DNA of 62,186 nt, counting the filler, from Diploschistes diacapsis (lineage: Eukaryota): the NCBI GenBank assembly GCA_023645945.1. It is 7 parts of 7 records of this genome, joined end to end, with 100 filler letters (N's around TTAATTAATTAA, not from the genome) between each part and the next. Parts side by side here need not be neighbours in the genome. Positions count along the whole stretch, not along the records: positions 35,652 to 44,449 come from JALAIB010001110.1; positions 44,550 to 53,323 come from JALAIB010001111.1; 5 more parts are not named here. One strand, written 5' to 3'. A program made the position numbers and the translations under genes. Below the pieces are notes generated by a model, which saw only the letters and a list, made by a program, of their open reading frames with translations, did not search any database and was not told where the DNA came from. Below are positions 38,601-49,967 of the stretch, one piece after another (position 1 is the stretch's first letter; each line of letters opens with the position of its first letter).

Positions 38601-41061
38601 ACTTCAAGCCCCTGAATCAATCCAAGACTTTGCACTGGCGATTTGTAGAGAAAGAAGTCTGCAGTGGAGCTCGACGAGGTCTTTGACAGTTTCATGCAAA
38701 AAAATTCCAGGGAAGATGCTGGGCAGTCGGAGGTTTTTGCAAACTGCATCACAGCGGTCGAGATGCATTCGAAGGAGGTCACTGCTGTCATACAGTAGCT
38801 TTCACACGGTGACGCAACGACCTGTCTGACGACCACCAAAGGATAGCACCACTGGCGATTTCGTTGTTCGCTTGGCAATCTTGTCAGCTTGTGAAGCAAG
38901 ATTGCTTAGGGAGCCGATAAAGGTCTTCTTGCTGGCTGCCACAAATGATGTTCGGTATTCAAATGATGGATTCTGCTTCTGACTCAGGTTGTATGAAATG
39001 TCGGCCAGAGAGACGTCAGAGTTTGTCGCATACGACCCAAGTATATCAACATATGCCAAAAAGCTGTTGACGGACTTCGCCGACAGCAGAAAGGGATATG
39101 CAGAAGTGGCACCTGCGATATTTAGCCGTGTGTGGTTCACTTGCATGTGGTCTCGAAGTGCGATGGCGGCGTTGCTGCCGGCTGCGCCATAGTTGTTCAC
39201 AAGAGCAACACGCCGCTTAGGTGACCAGGGCTGTTTGCTCTTTGGAATCACGATTTTGTCCGCCGAGGTCCCCTTGATCTTTGGATTAAGTGTAGCGAAG
39301 TTGGCTTGCTTGGGAATAGATTGATGCTGCAGCATTAGAAGCGTCTTAATGATTCCAGCGGCACCAGAAACTGCCTCGCAATGCCCAATGTTATCCTTAA
39401 CAGACCCTAGGTACAAAGTATCCGTGCGTTCAGGAACCGACAGAGCCATACGTACGCTTTCGTATTCAATCGGGTCTCCCACCTGGGTTCCTGTTCCATG
39501 CTGTGATAAGATTAGCAACGGTCAATTAAGAATTTACCAGAGTTCCACTTACCGCTTCGACATATGTGACCTCAGCGGGCTTCAAATGGCCCAGCGAAAG
39601 CGTGCGTTGGTGCAGTGCAGACTGGGCTACCCAGTCGGGCACTGTAATAGAGCTATAATTTGACCCCTGATTCACGGCTGAACCAGCAACGACCCCAAGA
39701 ACAGAATCTCCATCTGCTACTGCTCGGGAAAGCGGCTTTAGGACAAGCAGACCTGCACCTTCGCCACGGCAATAGCCACCAGCTTCTGCGTCAAATGCCT
39801 TCGAGGCTCCAGTTGGATTCAGAAATGATGCCGCCGCCGAGTTCTGATGCAAATCCGGGCTTGTGATCACATTGACTCCTCCAGCCAATGCCATTAAGCA
39901 CTCTCCACTTAGTAGCGCTCTGCAGGCGGTGTGAATGGCAACAGCCGACGAGGAACAAGCCGTGTCGAAAGTAATGGATGGACCAAGCCAGCCAAAGAAG
40001 TGACTGATACGACCGCTTATAAAGGCTCGCAGCGAACCAGTAGCCGAGAAGGCGTTGGCGTTCTCAGACCCAATATTGTCACTGTAGTCCACGGAGCCGA
40101 CACCGAGATAACAGCCGACATCAGTCTCCTGTCGCGTGGGTGGCTTACTGCAGTATCCCGACGATTCGAGAGCCTCATATGCAACTTGAAGAGCAAGTCG
40201 CTGCTGAGGATCCATGGATTTCGCCTCACGCCCGGAAATGCCGAAGAATCTGTGGTCGAATGCGTCGGGTTGTTCCAGGAAGTTTCCCCAGAAAGTATCC
40301 GGCTTGGGTTCTCTGTTGATCTGCACCGGATCAAATCTTTCAATAGGAAGCTTACCGATGGATGTTGAACCAGACTCAAGAAGCTCCCAGAATGCTTCGA
40401 GCGAATCTGCCTTCGGAAATCGACAAGCCATCCCAACCACTGCTATCTCTTCAGGTGGCTGGGCTGGAGGAAAACCATCCACGCTAGGTCGGGAATGATT
40501 CAGTCTAAGAGATTGAGAGATGGCAGATCCTTGTCCTATGGCGATGAATTCCGTTTCATGCTGAGGTGCATTGTCCTTCGTCGCTTTGACGGTCGTGAAC
40601 CAGTGGGCTTTCTTGCACAGTATCAGATCGATAGCGGTTTCATGCAGAGGGCCTGTAGTGATAAGAGAGGTATCTGCAGTGGATCGGAGAGGTAGACGCA
40701 GCATATCGGCATCTGGTAGCTCAAGCCGGCTGTTGCCCACGCAGAGCTTCTTAAGCTTTTGCGCCGCTTCATGATGCTTCGGATGGTGGTAGCAACCACT
40801 CAGGCCAACAGAAGAGGTCTTGATGTTCAATTCACCCAGTCGAGCACGCCATGAAGCTTCCTCAGCTCGTGGAATGGTAGCCGTGAGGGTCAGTACGTTT
40901 GTGAAAGCAGATACGTAGATGTGCGGGGAGAGATCGAGATGGGTGTCGAGCAGTGTGTCGCGAGTCCAGCGTGTTCCCTGCGGGCCGAACAAAGCAATCC
41001 GGCTCGGGAACATCACTGCGCTTCCGCTTCGACCGACATCGATGTCACGGACACCCACCAC
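35652..41061 (-). pseudogene. Non-reducing PKS (SAT-KS-MAT-PT-ACP-CMeT; 3' end off-contig), inactivated
   Basis: LFGPQ (SAT start), DPQQRL, DTACSSS, EA/HGTGT, KDNIGH, GHSFGQ, HAYHS, LGIDSLL (ACP), start of a C-methyltransferase. Lesions: very short SAT, TGA 38802-38804 plus frameshifts at the MAT start, apparent deletion after GHAVSG in PT, TAA 37052-37054. Confidence 0.88.
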
Positions 41062-41832
41062 TGCGGGCGTTGTCTCTTTACTTTCTTTTCTGCATTGCTA
41101 TTGTAAGTTCTAATTTACATTTACCGCCCATGTCCAATAGCACCGCTGATGCTCCAGGCCCTGTATTTACCAATCCTGGCACCGAGCAGAAGCCTTGGTT
41201 TATCCGGGGTCGTAGTACTTTACTACGACCCCAATCTTCTCTCACCTCTTCCTACACGGAGTACTAAGTAACGAGCTCAGTTTGCGGTCCTAGTAGGGGC
41301 TTTAGCAACCTTATGCGCAAAATACTCGGATAAATATCAAGGCCTTATTGGATTGGAGGACCCCAGCGCTCTTTTACAGAGAGCTAAACCAGCAAAGGGG
41401 TTGTCTAGCGTTCAAGACGTGCTGAAGCCCCCTAACAACATCTCACGTTCTTGTTATGTATCGATAGCTCTGTGCCCATAACTCATCACCTCCAATGAAG
41501 ATGCGATGGCCTGGGCATGCAGCACACAACTGGTAACGGATTGCTTTACAAATATCAACCCTGGCATTGAAGGTATTGGTCGCTGGCAATGCTAGAGCTC
41601 ACCACGCTATTGAGATATCGCCCATATCGCCCTGCGCCTTGCATACAGAACCCTTAAGCCATAAACATTTCACCGGGTAATACCTCATGACTGCCTTCAG
41701 CCCCGCCACCTATCAGCACTGCATGGGGAATATTTACTTACATCCACCATGAGGAGACAATGGAGGGCCTGATGATGCAGTTGGCAGTGTAGCCAACAAC
41801 ATAAATTGTTGTGTGGTTTACGCTTATCAATA

Positions 41833-43804
41833 ATGACCGAGGCTGTCTTGTCTAAGTTCAGCTTCAACATCTCTGCGCCAAGCATGGCATCCTCTGTGGC
41901 TATGGATAGGCCTTTGAAACTTGACTTTCGTTTTATTCATCTCTACGGACTTGTCTCTAGTTCTGATCTCTCAAGAGCTCTGCTCGTCTTGGGGTTTGTC
42001 TCACTCATTGTTGTTGTTTGCCAATCCTGGCGAACATGGTGGCGTCTGAGGCACATCCCGGGTCCATTCCTAGCCAGCATCACCAATTTTCAACGCATAA
42101 GCTGGGTGTGGACGAAACGTGCACATCTGTGTCTGCAGGAACAACATGAGAAGTACGGGGAGCTTGTGCGGATCGGGCCGAACACAGTATCCTTCAGCAA
42201 TACTGAGGCCATTCCGACAGTTTATCCTATGTGAACAGGGTTCCCAAAGGTATAATATTTCTGGCTCGTTCATACTCTGGATGAGTTTGAATTCCAGGTT
42301 AACCCGAGCCGTATTGCCACAGAGCCTTTTCTATAGATCCCTTCAACCTTACACGCCGACCGGCGGCTCGCTTCCTGCCGTGTTTAACGTTCAAGATGAG
42401 ACGTTGCACAAGCAAATAAAAACCCCAATTGCACCTTTGTTCTCCCTGTCAAACATGACATCAACTGAAGATCTGGTCAACGACGTGATAGTGGTCGTGC
42501 AAGATAGATTCGATACTAGGTTCGCTGCTACCGGTGAAGTATTTGATCTCGGCCAGTGGCTCCAATTCTTTGCTTTTGATGTGATGGGAACAATGACCTT
42601 CTCCAAGCGTTACGGCTTTCTTGACGAAGGAAGAGACGTAGGAGGCATGCTTGCAGCGATCATCCAGTACATGCGCTCCGCTGCACCGGTAATCTGCCTG
42701 GAGATGCCTCAGAAGCTTTACAAGACTCGCTGATCTCGGATGCAGTTTACGCAAATCGCCTGGCTTGACTGGTTGATACGGAAGAACAAGATTGGAGACA
42801 GTATCAGACAACTTTTCTACCGTAGCGCATCCCTTACAATCATAGGCTTTGTCGGCAAAGCCATCAAAGAAAGACGCGAGGAGTTGGCCAATGGCAAAGA
42901 AGAAGATAAGGCAAGTGATACGGGCGCGAGGAAGGACTTCCTCACGCGGTTTCTCGAGATACAAAACGGCAATCCAAATGTACCTCTGTGGTAAATGCCC
43001 CCTGACCGAGGTGCAGCCACATTGTCTGACACATCTTCTTTGCGATTAGGGCTCCCACCGCATGGACGTTTTCAAATGTCCTTGCCGGCTCGGATTCCGT
43101 TGGCACGGTAATGCGAACCACCATGTTCAACCTGCTTTCCTATCCGCATACGCTAGCAAAACTACATAAGGAACTAAGTGAGGCCAACTTGACAATGCCT
43201 ATACCTGAGTACGCCGAGCTGCGGGAGCTGGAATATCTTGATGCATGCGTCCAAGTGGGCAGTCGAATGCACCCGCCATTTGCGCTTCCCTTCGAACGTG
43301 TCGTACCTCCAGGCGACGTGACAATACTTGGCCACTACCTCCCAGGAGGAACGGTTGTGGGTGGAAGTCCGTACGTGGTCAACCGTGACAAAGGGACCTT
43401 CGGGGCGGATGCCGAGTTCTGGAGGCCGGAGAGATGGTTAGAGAAAGACGACGCTCACAAGAGAAAACTGGAGCAGGGTGTTCTGACGGTGACAACGAAG
43501 CACATCTACTCCTGGCCTGGGCTTTGACTGACGTCCTCTTCTAGTTTGGCGCAGGCCGACGTGTCTGCCTGGGCAAGAATATTGGCATTTTCGAGGTCAA
43601 GAAGATCCTAGCTTTCTTGATCTTACGTTACCATGTAAGCCGGTTGCCCGAATTGTAACGCTGGCTCATAACGAGTAACATCATTTCCAGATACGTATTG
43701 TGGACAGAGAAAGGTTCGAGGTCGAGAACTCATGGTTCTTCATCCAGAAGGGGTTGTACGCGCAAGTTGAGAAGCGTCCTGAGATTGGAGAGATCCAGTC
43801 ATAG
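41833..43804 (+). pseudogene. Cytochrome P450 resembling the MpaD(E)/CicH methylorsellinate hydroxylases, inactivated
   Basis: LRHIPGPFLA, YPM-stop-TGFPK (TGA 42232-42234), [40 protein letters not shown], ExxR changed to [21 protein letters not shown] heme motif; five introns; start codon uncertain. Confidence 0.85.
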
Positions 43805-44141
43805 TGACCGCCACAAAGATGGACGGGTTCCAAAAACGCCCTTTGGAAGTATATTATACTAGGGCATCTATTAGTCTAAATGATATGATACGATTGATTG
43901 TGTGCCAGCTGAGGCTGAACTACCCTGATATCTTTTTGCACACAAATATCGGGCTGTAGAACTGATATTTCAAGTATTTGTCGCATAAGTCGTCCTTGTA
44001 CGATCGTAGGTACCCCAGTGTAACTAGTAACTACCCCGCGCACCCTTTTGGCGAACCTGCTAATCCAAGTCGAAGATCTTTGTCGATGTGATATTAAGTT
44101 TAGTACCAGGATGCCAAGCCTAGAGTGAAGAAAGTTCGGGA

Positions 44142-44278
44142 TGGTGGCAGCAGTGGGAGTCGAACCCAGGACCTTTTCAAAGGTCGGGGGGGAAAATGTG
44201 AGCATCTATCAAAAAGCTCAAAGTGGGTCCCATCGATATCGTACCCCCTCGGTAACAATCGTCTGTATGGATGCTGCA
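44142..44278 (-). other. tRNA-like element (intact 3' half with B-box/T arm and encoded CCA; no canonical D arm)
   Basis: Minus strand ends AAGGTC-CTGGG-TTCGACT-CCCAC-TGCTGCC-A-CCA; a potential acceptor partner TGCAGCA lies at 44278-44272. Confidence 0.5.
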
Positions 44279-44449
44279 TTCAACCCAGTCCACACATGTG
44301 GACGAAAAAAGCTTCAGCCACAGCATGGCGGTAAAAGGGCAGGGAGGGTATAAGGGACACAAGGGGTCCTCAAAGCTTTCCCATCTCTCAGAAGCACCTA
44401 TCCTAAGTATATCAAATCCCATTTCATCTTCACAACCCCCCTCCCCCCC

Positions 44450-44549
44450 NNNNNNNNNNNNNNNNNNNNNNNNNNNNNNNNNNNNNNNNNNNNTTAATTA
44501 ATTAANNNNNNNNNNNNNNNNNNNNNNNNNNNNNNNNNNNNNNNNNNNN
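44450..44549. other. Artificial contig-joining linker
   Basis: Same 100-nt linker. Confidence 0.98.
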
Positions 44550-44591
44550 GTAATTTGGGGGAGGGTCCATTACTTTTGGCATAGTACTGTA
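44550..44591. mobile_element. Terminus of a Tc1/mariner-like transposon (TIR plus TA)
   Basis: Minus strand TA|CAGTACTATGCCAAAAGTAATGGACC: CAGT terminus after TA as in Tc1/impala-type TIRs; located at the contig start. Confidence 0.55.
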
Positions 44592-44699
44592 AGTATTCTC
44601 AATTTTTTTATCACATAATTTCAATTATTTAAAAAATGAAGCTATTCACAACTTCATTTTATTAATAAACATATAAATAGGCGCGATGTAGCCCCGTAA

Positions 44700-45480
44700 A
44701 CCTCCTTAATCCCCCTTTACCGCCCCAACGCCCGTTTCTACCGCCAGCCTCCTCTCGTACGCCGATAACTCCGTCCAGTTATTATCGATAGCGAATTCCT
44801 TTCAATCGACCCCCGCGCTCCTCCTTTTCGTGTCCGGATACGCCTTAAAATAAACGGCGCCGGCGTTACGGATACCGTGGCAAGAAAGTCACTTACCGCC
44901 GACGACCTCGATGGCGGTACGGAAATCGAGGTCGTCGACGTCGCGGAACTACCGAACGATGTCGGCGATCGAGAAGTCTAAAAAAATCTACCGGGCCGCG
45001 AGGTCTATAAAAATACTCGGGATTTTAACGCGGTCGGCTTTCTCGAGGCTATCGACGTAAACGTCTGCGTATTTACGGGTACGCGATAAAACGACGTCGC
45101 CGTTAAATATATAAATAATCTTAATTATTATTTTATATTTCAACGCGTCCCGGGTTGTCTTTCTCCTTTTATTAAGGTTGACGACGTATAAATCGATAAT
45201 TTATTTCTTTCGTTATCGGCGATATCGAAAAGTCTTCGTCGCCTTATAACGGTCCCGGAAGGACCAGACGTTGTCGACGAAGAATTATAAAACAACTTAT
45301 TACGCGGCGAAGAGACGCTCCCGCCACGCGACGAGATCCTCGGGGAAGACGTAAAAACCGAAAAACGGCGTCGAGGAACGAGAAGGGACGGCGGAGGGAA
45401 AGGGCGAGGGCGTAAAAACTAGCGGCCCGTCGAGGGCGGCGTTAACGGCGACGAGCAGGCGCTTTAAATCCTGCGATATT
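44700..45480 (-). mobile_element. RIP-mutated Mutator-like (MULE) transposase N-terminal fragment
   Basis: Visibly depleted of CA/TG and rich in TA/CG; translation with stops FFVDNVWSF...DSLEKADRVKIPS...AIEVVGGK*LSCHGIRNAGAVYFKAYPD resembles the N-terminal region of fungal MULE transposases. Confidence 0.6.
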
Positions 45481-45904
45481 CTATTAATTAAACAATAAGT
45501 TTCGAGATACTTATTACTCGAAATTAAGCATTCGATAGAGCTTCGAAATGCTCGAAAATTTGTATGGGGAAAAAAAAAAAAGAATGAAAATTTTGCTTAG
45601 TAGTAGAAAGGGAGCTCACCTACCTGTTTAGGAATAGGGGTAAAAAAAATAAATTTCAGTCAGAATAACTATGCTGGTTTGAGCGTGGTTTTTCAGCAAC
45701 CATATAACTAACGTTCTTCCCAGTACAGCTTAAGATAGAGCAGTATCTTTCTGCCTTTACATGTATAGTAATAGGCGTGTAGTGTCTGACGCAATCAGCA
45801 CATCTCGGCATGAGAACCTGGCAATTCATTTCCAGAGGTCATTAGTGATCCAGGGCATGGAAAAAGGTACTCGGCCTGTCTCAGTATAAGTAGGATCACT
45901 GCGT

Positions 45905-47242
45905 ATGGCGGCGCCTACGGCTTTGCGCTTCCTTCCGCGACTCCAGCTACTGACATCACACATACCTCTACCATCTGCCCAACCAGCCACATCGATCGTA
46001 GCTGCCAACAAGGGGCCAACATATGCACTTCGCGCCACAATGTCTACACATTCCATACCCAAGACCATGAAGGGCGTGCTGGTCGAGAAGACCGGCGGCG
46101 TCGAAGTATTGCAATACCTCACCAATCTACCTGTCCCCGAGCCAAAGGAGGGCCAGTTGCTTATCAAGAACGAAGTTTGCGGCATCAACTACATTGATAC
46201 GTAAGGGAAACCCACGTTCTGAAGCTTGGCTCGCCCTCTTTCATCCATTTAACCTGCACAATTACCCCAACCTTTTGATCCTTGTTCCGCTCCCATCCTC
46301 TGCAAGGTCTAACCTACCAGAAGCTGCTTGAATGCACCCCGGCGGTTTCTCTAGTGTGCCAGAAAGGAAGCAAAATCACAGCTGACAAAATCCCCCCCCA
46401 CCAGGTACTTCCGAACGGGCCTCTACCCCAGTCCAAAACCCGAGATCCTCGGCCGCGAAGGCGGCGGCACCATCGTCTCCGGCCCGACCTCGTTCCCGCC
46501 CCACGGTCTCCGCCCGGGCACGCGTGTCGTGTGGATGGCGACGGGCGGCTACGCCGAGTACACCGCGGTGCAGGCAGACAGCGTCGTGGCCGTGCCGGAC
46601 GGCATCTCGCTGGAGCGCGCCTGCGCCGCCTACCTGCAGGGCCTCACGGCGCTGACGCTGATCGACGAGGCGTACGAGGTGAAGGAGGGCGACTGGGTGT
46701 TTGTTCCCGCGGCCGCAGGCGGCACGGGCGGGTGGCTGTGCCAGCTGATCAAGGCGCGGGGCGGGCGCGTGATCGGCAGCGCGTCGACGCCGGAGAAGAG
46801 GCGGCTCGCGCACGAGCACGGGGCCGAGGTGGTCGTGGCGTACGACGAGGTGCTCGACGCGGTCAGGGAGAGGACGGGGGGCAAGGGCGTCGCGGCGTCC
46901 TTCGATGGAGTGGGCAAGAGCACGTTCGAAGTGTCGCTCGAGGCGCTCGCGCGCAAGGGCACGCTGGTCAGCTTTGGCAACGCGAGCGGTGCGGTGCCGC
47001 CGTTTCCCATCTCGCGGTTGACGGCCAAGAATGTCAAGGTGTGCCGGCCGACGATGATGAACTACCTGGTCACGCGGGAGGAGAAGGAGAAGTACGCGGC
47101 GGAGCTGTGGGAGCTTGTCAAGAAGCCAGACCTCAGGGTGGAGGTGCACGAGGTCTATCCGCTGAGTGATATCAAGAGGGCACATAACGACTTGGAGGGC
47201 CGAAAGACGACGGGCAAGCTCTTACTAGATCCGTCAAAGTGA
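45905..47242 (+). CDS. NADPH:quinone oxidoreductase (zeta-crystallin/Zta1-like, MDR family)
   Basis: PKTMKGVLVEKTGGVEVLQY, GINYIDT/YFRTGLYP, ILGREGGG, LQGLTALTL, AAAGGTG, FDGVGKSTF, LVSFGNASG, LEGRKTTGKLLL; intron 46201-46404; second in-frame ATG at 46040. Confidence 0.93.
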
Positions 47243-47386
47243 TGATGGTGTGCAGTACTTCGTACTAAAAACTTATATTACTCGGAAATTGTAGCTAATC
47301 AACAAGCATGCCCGCCTGTTTATACTTGATGTACGGCATCGGCTTCATCGCCCGATTCTGCGTGTTGTGGATACCCCGAGATGGCA

Positions 47387-49145
47387 CTACCAAGTGGCCC
47401 CACCCTCTCCGTCCTCGGCCTCTGTCGCCGCAGCGTTCTCTCTTCCATATAGCGAAGCGACAGTGTCGCGCCCTTCTGGACCCACAATATGCGCCTCTAC
47501 CGGTACCGCCTCTGGAGGTGGCACGGTCTCCCTCTGTGGCAGGAACCTGTGAGGCTTCCAGTCGATCAGGTCTTCGTTGAGCAGATACGTGTAGAAGGAG
47601 CACAGTACGGAGGTGATGGTGTCGAAATAGAGGATGCCAAAGCTTGTCTCGTAGATGGTGGCCTGGATTTTGATGCCCGGAAACATAGTGTCTAAGACTT
47701 CGTCCTCTAAGATGAACTCATAGTGCTCAATAGGACGACCATGCTTCTCCATCTCGAGCTTCTCTGCTTGGGTGAGATCCAGCGGCGCCGCGCCAGGGTT
47801 GTACCAGGTCCTTGCTTTAATTTTGCCAACACGGGGGAACCCTCCAGAAACCGGATGCTTATACATCGACCTCACGTATTCATCGGCCATGATGATCTTG
47901 TCGACTTCGAAAAAGCCAGTGAACTTGCGCTTGATGTGATAACTACCTTCTTTCATCTGCTCATCGTAGGCTTTGACGCTATCCGCGGACGCTTGTGCCG
48001 CCAGTCCCGAGGTGAAAAGCTTCTTCGCATCGGGAAGCAATACCTCGGGAAGCACGTCTAACTGCCTGGCTGCTTCAATATCCCTAGGATACGTGTCCTG
48101 ATAGAAGCCTCCCCAAAGAATGGAACAAGATTCGTTGAACTTGCCGGGCAGCACTCGGGACGCTTTCACGCATAACCAAAGTTGACCTTCTGCAAGGTCG
48201 CAGGTTGCCTTGGCAGCATCAACCTGCGACTTGTACTCGGGAATCACATCGTGGTGAAGCAGATAGTTGAGGTAGTTTCGTACTACACCGACTGCCGTAA
48301 TAATCTGCTCTTGCTCGTAGAGGTCAACTGCCTGCTGCAGGTACGAAGAGCTGCGCGCGGTTAGTCACGAATTCTGTCAAGTGGAAGGAAATATGGGAGA
48401 CAGCCATACAGAAACCCGCCCACAACTGCGTTGAAGTCCACCTCGGACGTCTCCTCTATGCCGTTCTCAAAGTAGTGCTGTGCCCGTAATTGGGAGATTT
48501 CCGCGGCGGTCAGATTGGGATCGTTTTCAGTGACGCCTCCGGTAAATGGATTTGGTCCTGTTCTGACCCTGCCATAAGCCATGAACTTGTCGAAGACTAG
48601 CTTCCGGAAAGAATCGAATTTACGGCGAGCTGTGTACCGATGGATGGCTGTCTGAAGGCGTTCAATGACCGTTTTACGACGGTCGTACAGACTTCGTTCC
48701 TCGTTGTACTCATCAGGCGTGACCGGGACGTCAACAAAGTACTCCTCGAAACCGGAGGGTTTGGCCTTTGAGGACTTATCAGCTGCACTTCAATACTGAT
48801 ACTAACACGAGCGCGACGTACCCCACCCTTTTTACTCTTGGATTTCGATTTCTTCTTCTTGTTGTCCTTGTCGTTTTCTTTGACCTCAACACTGACCTTC
48901 TTAGCACGCTGCTCCTTCATGTTGCCGCCTTTGCCATCAGTATCATTTCTCGCTTGCTCGTCGTGGCCATCACCCCTGAGTGTTGGGGAGGCAGGGGCTT
49001 GAGCAACGTTGTTCCTACTGGAAACATCTTCCTTCCGGTCAGCTGCAGTGTTTAGTTCCAGGGATTCCATCCTTGCAGGAAGGGTAGAGCTTGCCGAGTC
49101 ACCATCATGTCCGGCTTGGTTTAGTGTGATGAGGTTGGCTTCCAT
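47387..49145 (-). CDS. arb1: Argonaute siRNA chaperone complex subunit Arb1-like protein
   Basis: Lys-rich N-terminus, then PSGFEEYFVDVPVTPDEY..ER..YD, IERIQTAIHRYTARRKF, VFDKFMAYG, VDFNAVVGGFL/SS, NYLNYLLHHDVIPEY, LPGKFNESCSILWGG, CSFYTYLLNE; two introns. Confidence 0.82.
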
Positions 49146-49660
49146 GTCACTAACTTCGCACGTATATGAGCGGGAGCCTTTCTCCTACTTCAATGGTCTG
49201 TGGAAAGTAGAGGTGGAAGTGATAATTGCAAATTCGAAGAAATGGGTTAATACGAAAAGCTGGGGGATGGAATTTAAGCATGAAGTCTGGCGAGTGTGTT
49301 AGTTGTAAAGAAAGACCTTGAGTCGATGTTGGATTGAGACAGAACAAACTCAAATTATGAGGTAGCACAAACTCAGGTTTCTAGAGCCAATATGATATAA
49401 GAAGCGGCAAGCAATGAAACAAACATCTGCTACTGTACTCTTTTACATGTTGAACAGGTTGAAACATTCAATGACTGATACATGGACTCTACTTTCCAGC
49501 CTGTCCGCCGTTCTCTTCCCCTTTTTTCCACGTAGCAATACATATCGCCTGCATAAAAGCCAAGTACCATGGGAGAAGAGGAGTATATTGAATCTGCAGC
49601 TGTCGATGGTAACGATACTAAACGAAACGATGTTTAATCCAGCGATGTCAAAGCCAAGCT

Positions 49661-49692
49661 ACAAGCCACAAGCCACAAGCCACAAGCCACAA
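49661..49692. repeat. (ACAAGCC)4.6 tandem repeat in the arb1-IPK2 divergent intergenic region
   Basis: Directly visible. Confidence 0.9.
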
Positions 49693-49967
49693 TACTGAGC
49701 CACAACGAGTAGCTGCACGTGACTTTACTTATCCTCTCAAAGTCCGTCCCGCATTGAACCTCACGAATATAATCTCTACGGACCTCTAACTTTGTACCAC
49801 TACTTGGCTTCTCGCCTTGATTGCTTTGCTTACTTCTCTTACGGGTTTTGTTTCTATTCACAAGCTAGGTCACTCCTTATCAATTATCTCCTTCCATTCA
49901 CCCATTTTATTTACCTTTATTGTTCATTCGATCATGTGTCACTTCCCTTTCATTAAACTCTAGTAAT

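Noticed and set aside
35652..43804. Premature stops as A-to-I editing or readthrough-rescued genes
   Set aside because: The stops are TGA/TAA at positions where Trp is not expected, and they come with frameshifts and deletions that editing cannot repair. Only the H3-like TAG fits a Trp codon, and a frameshift follows it
46201..46404. Stwintron (nested spliceosomal twin intron)
   Set aside because: The 5' end (AC|GTAAGGG) lacks the split-donor pattern needed to regenerate a GT donor after internal excision
46282..47185. Long overlapping ORFs over the quinone reductase (similar ones over CLPTM1, the PTP and the acyltransferase)
   Set aside because: Arg/Gly/Pro-rich alternate-frame ORFs expected in GC3-rich coding sequence
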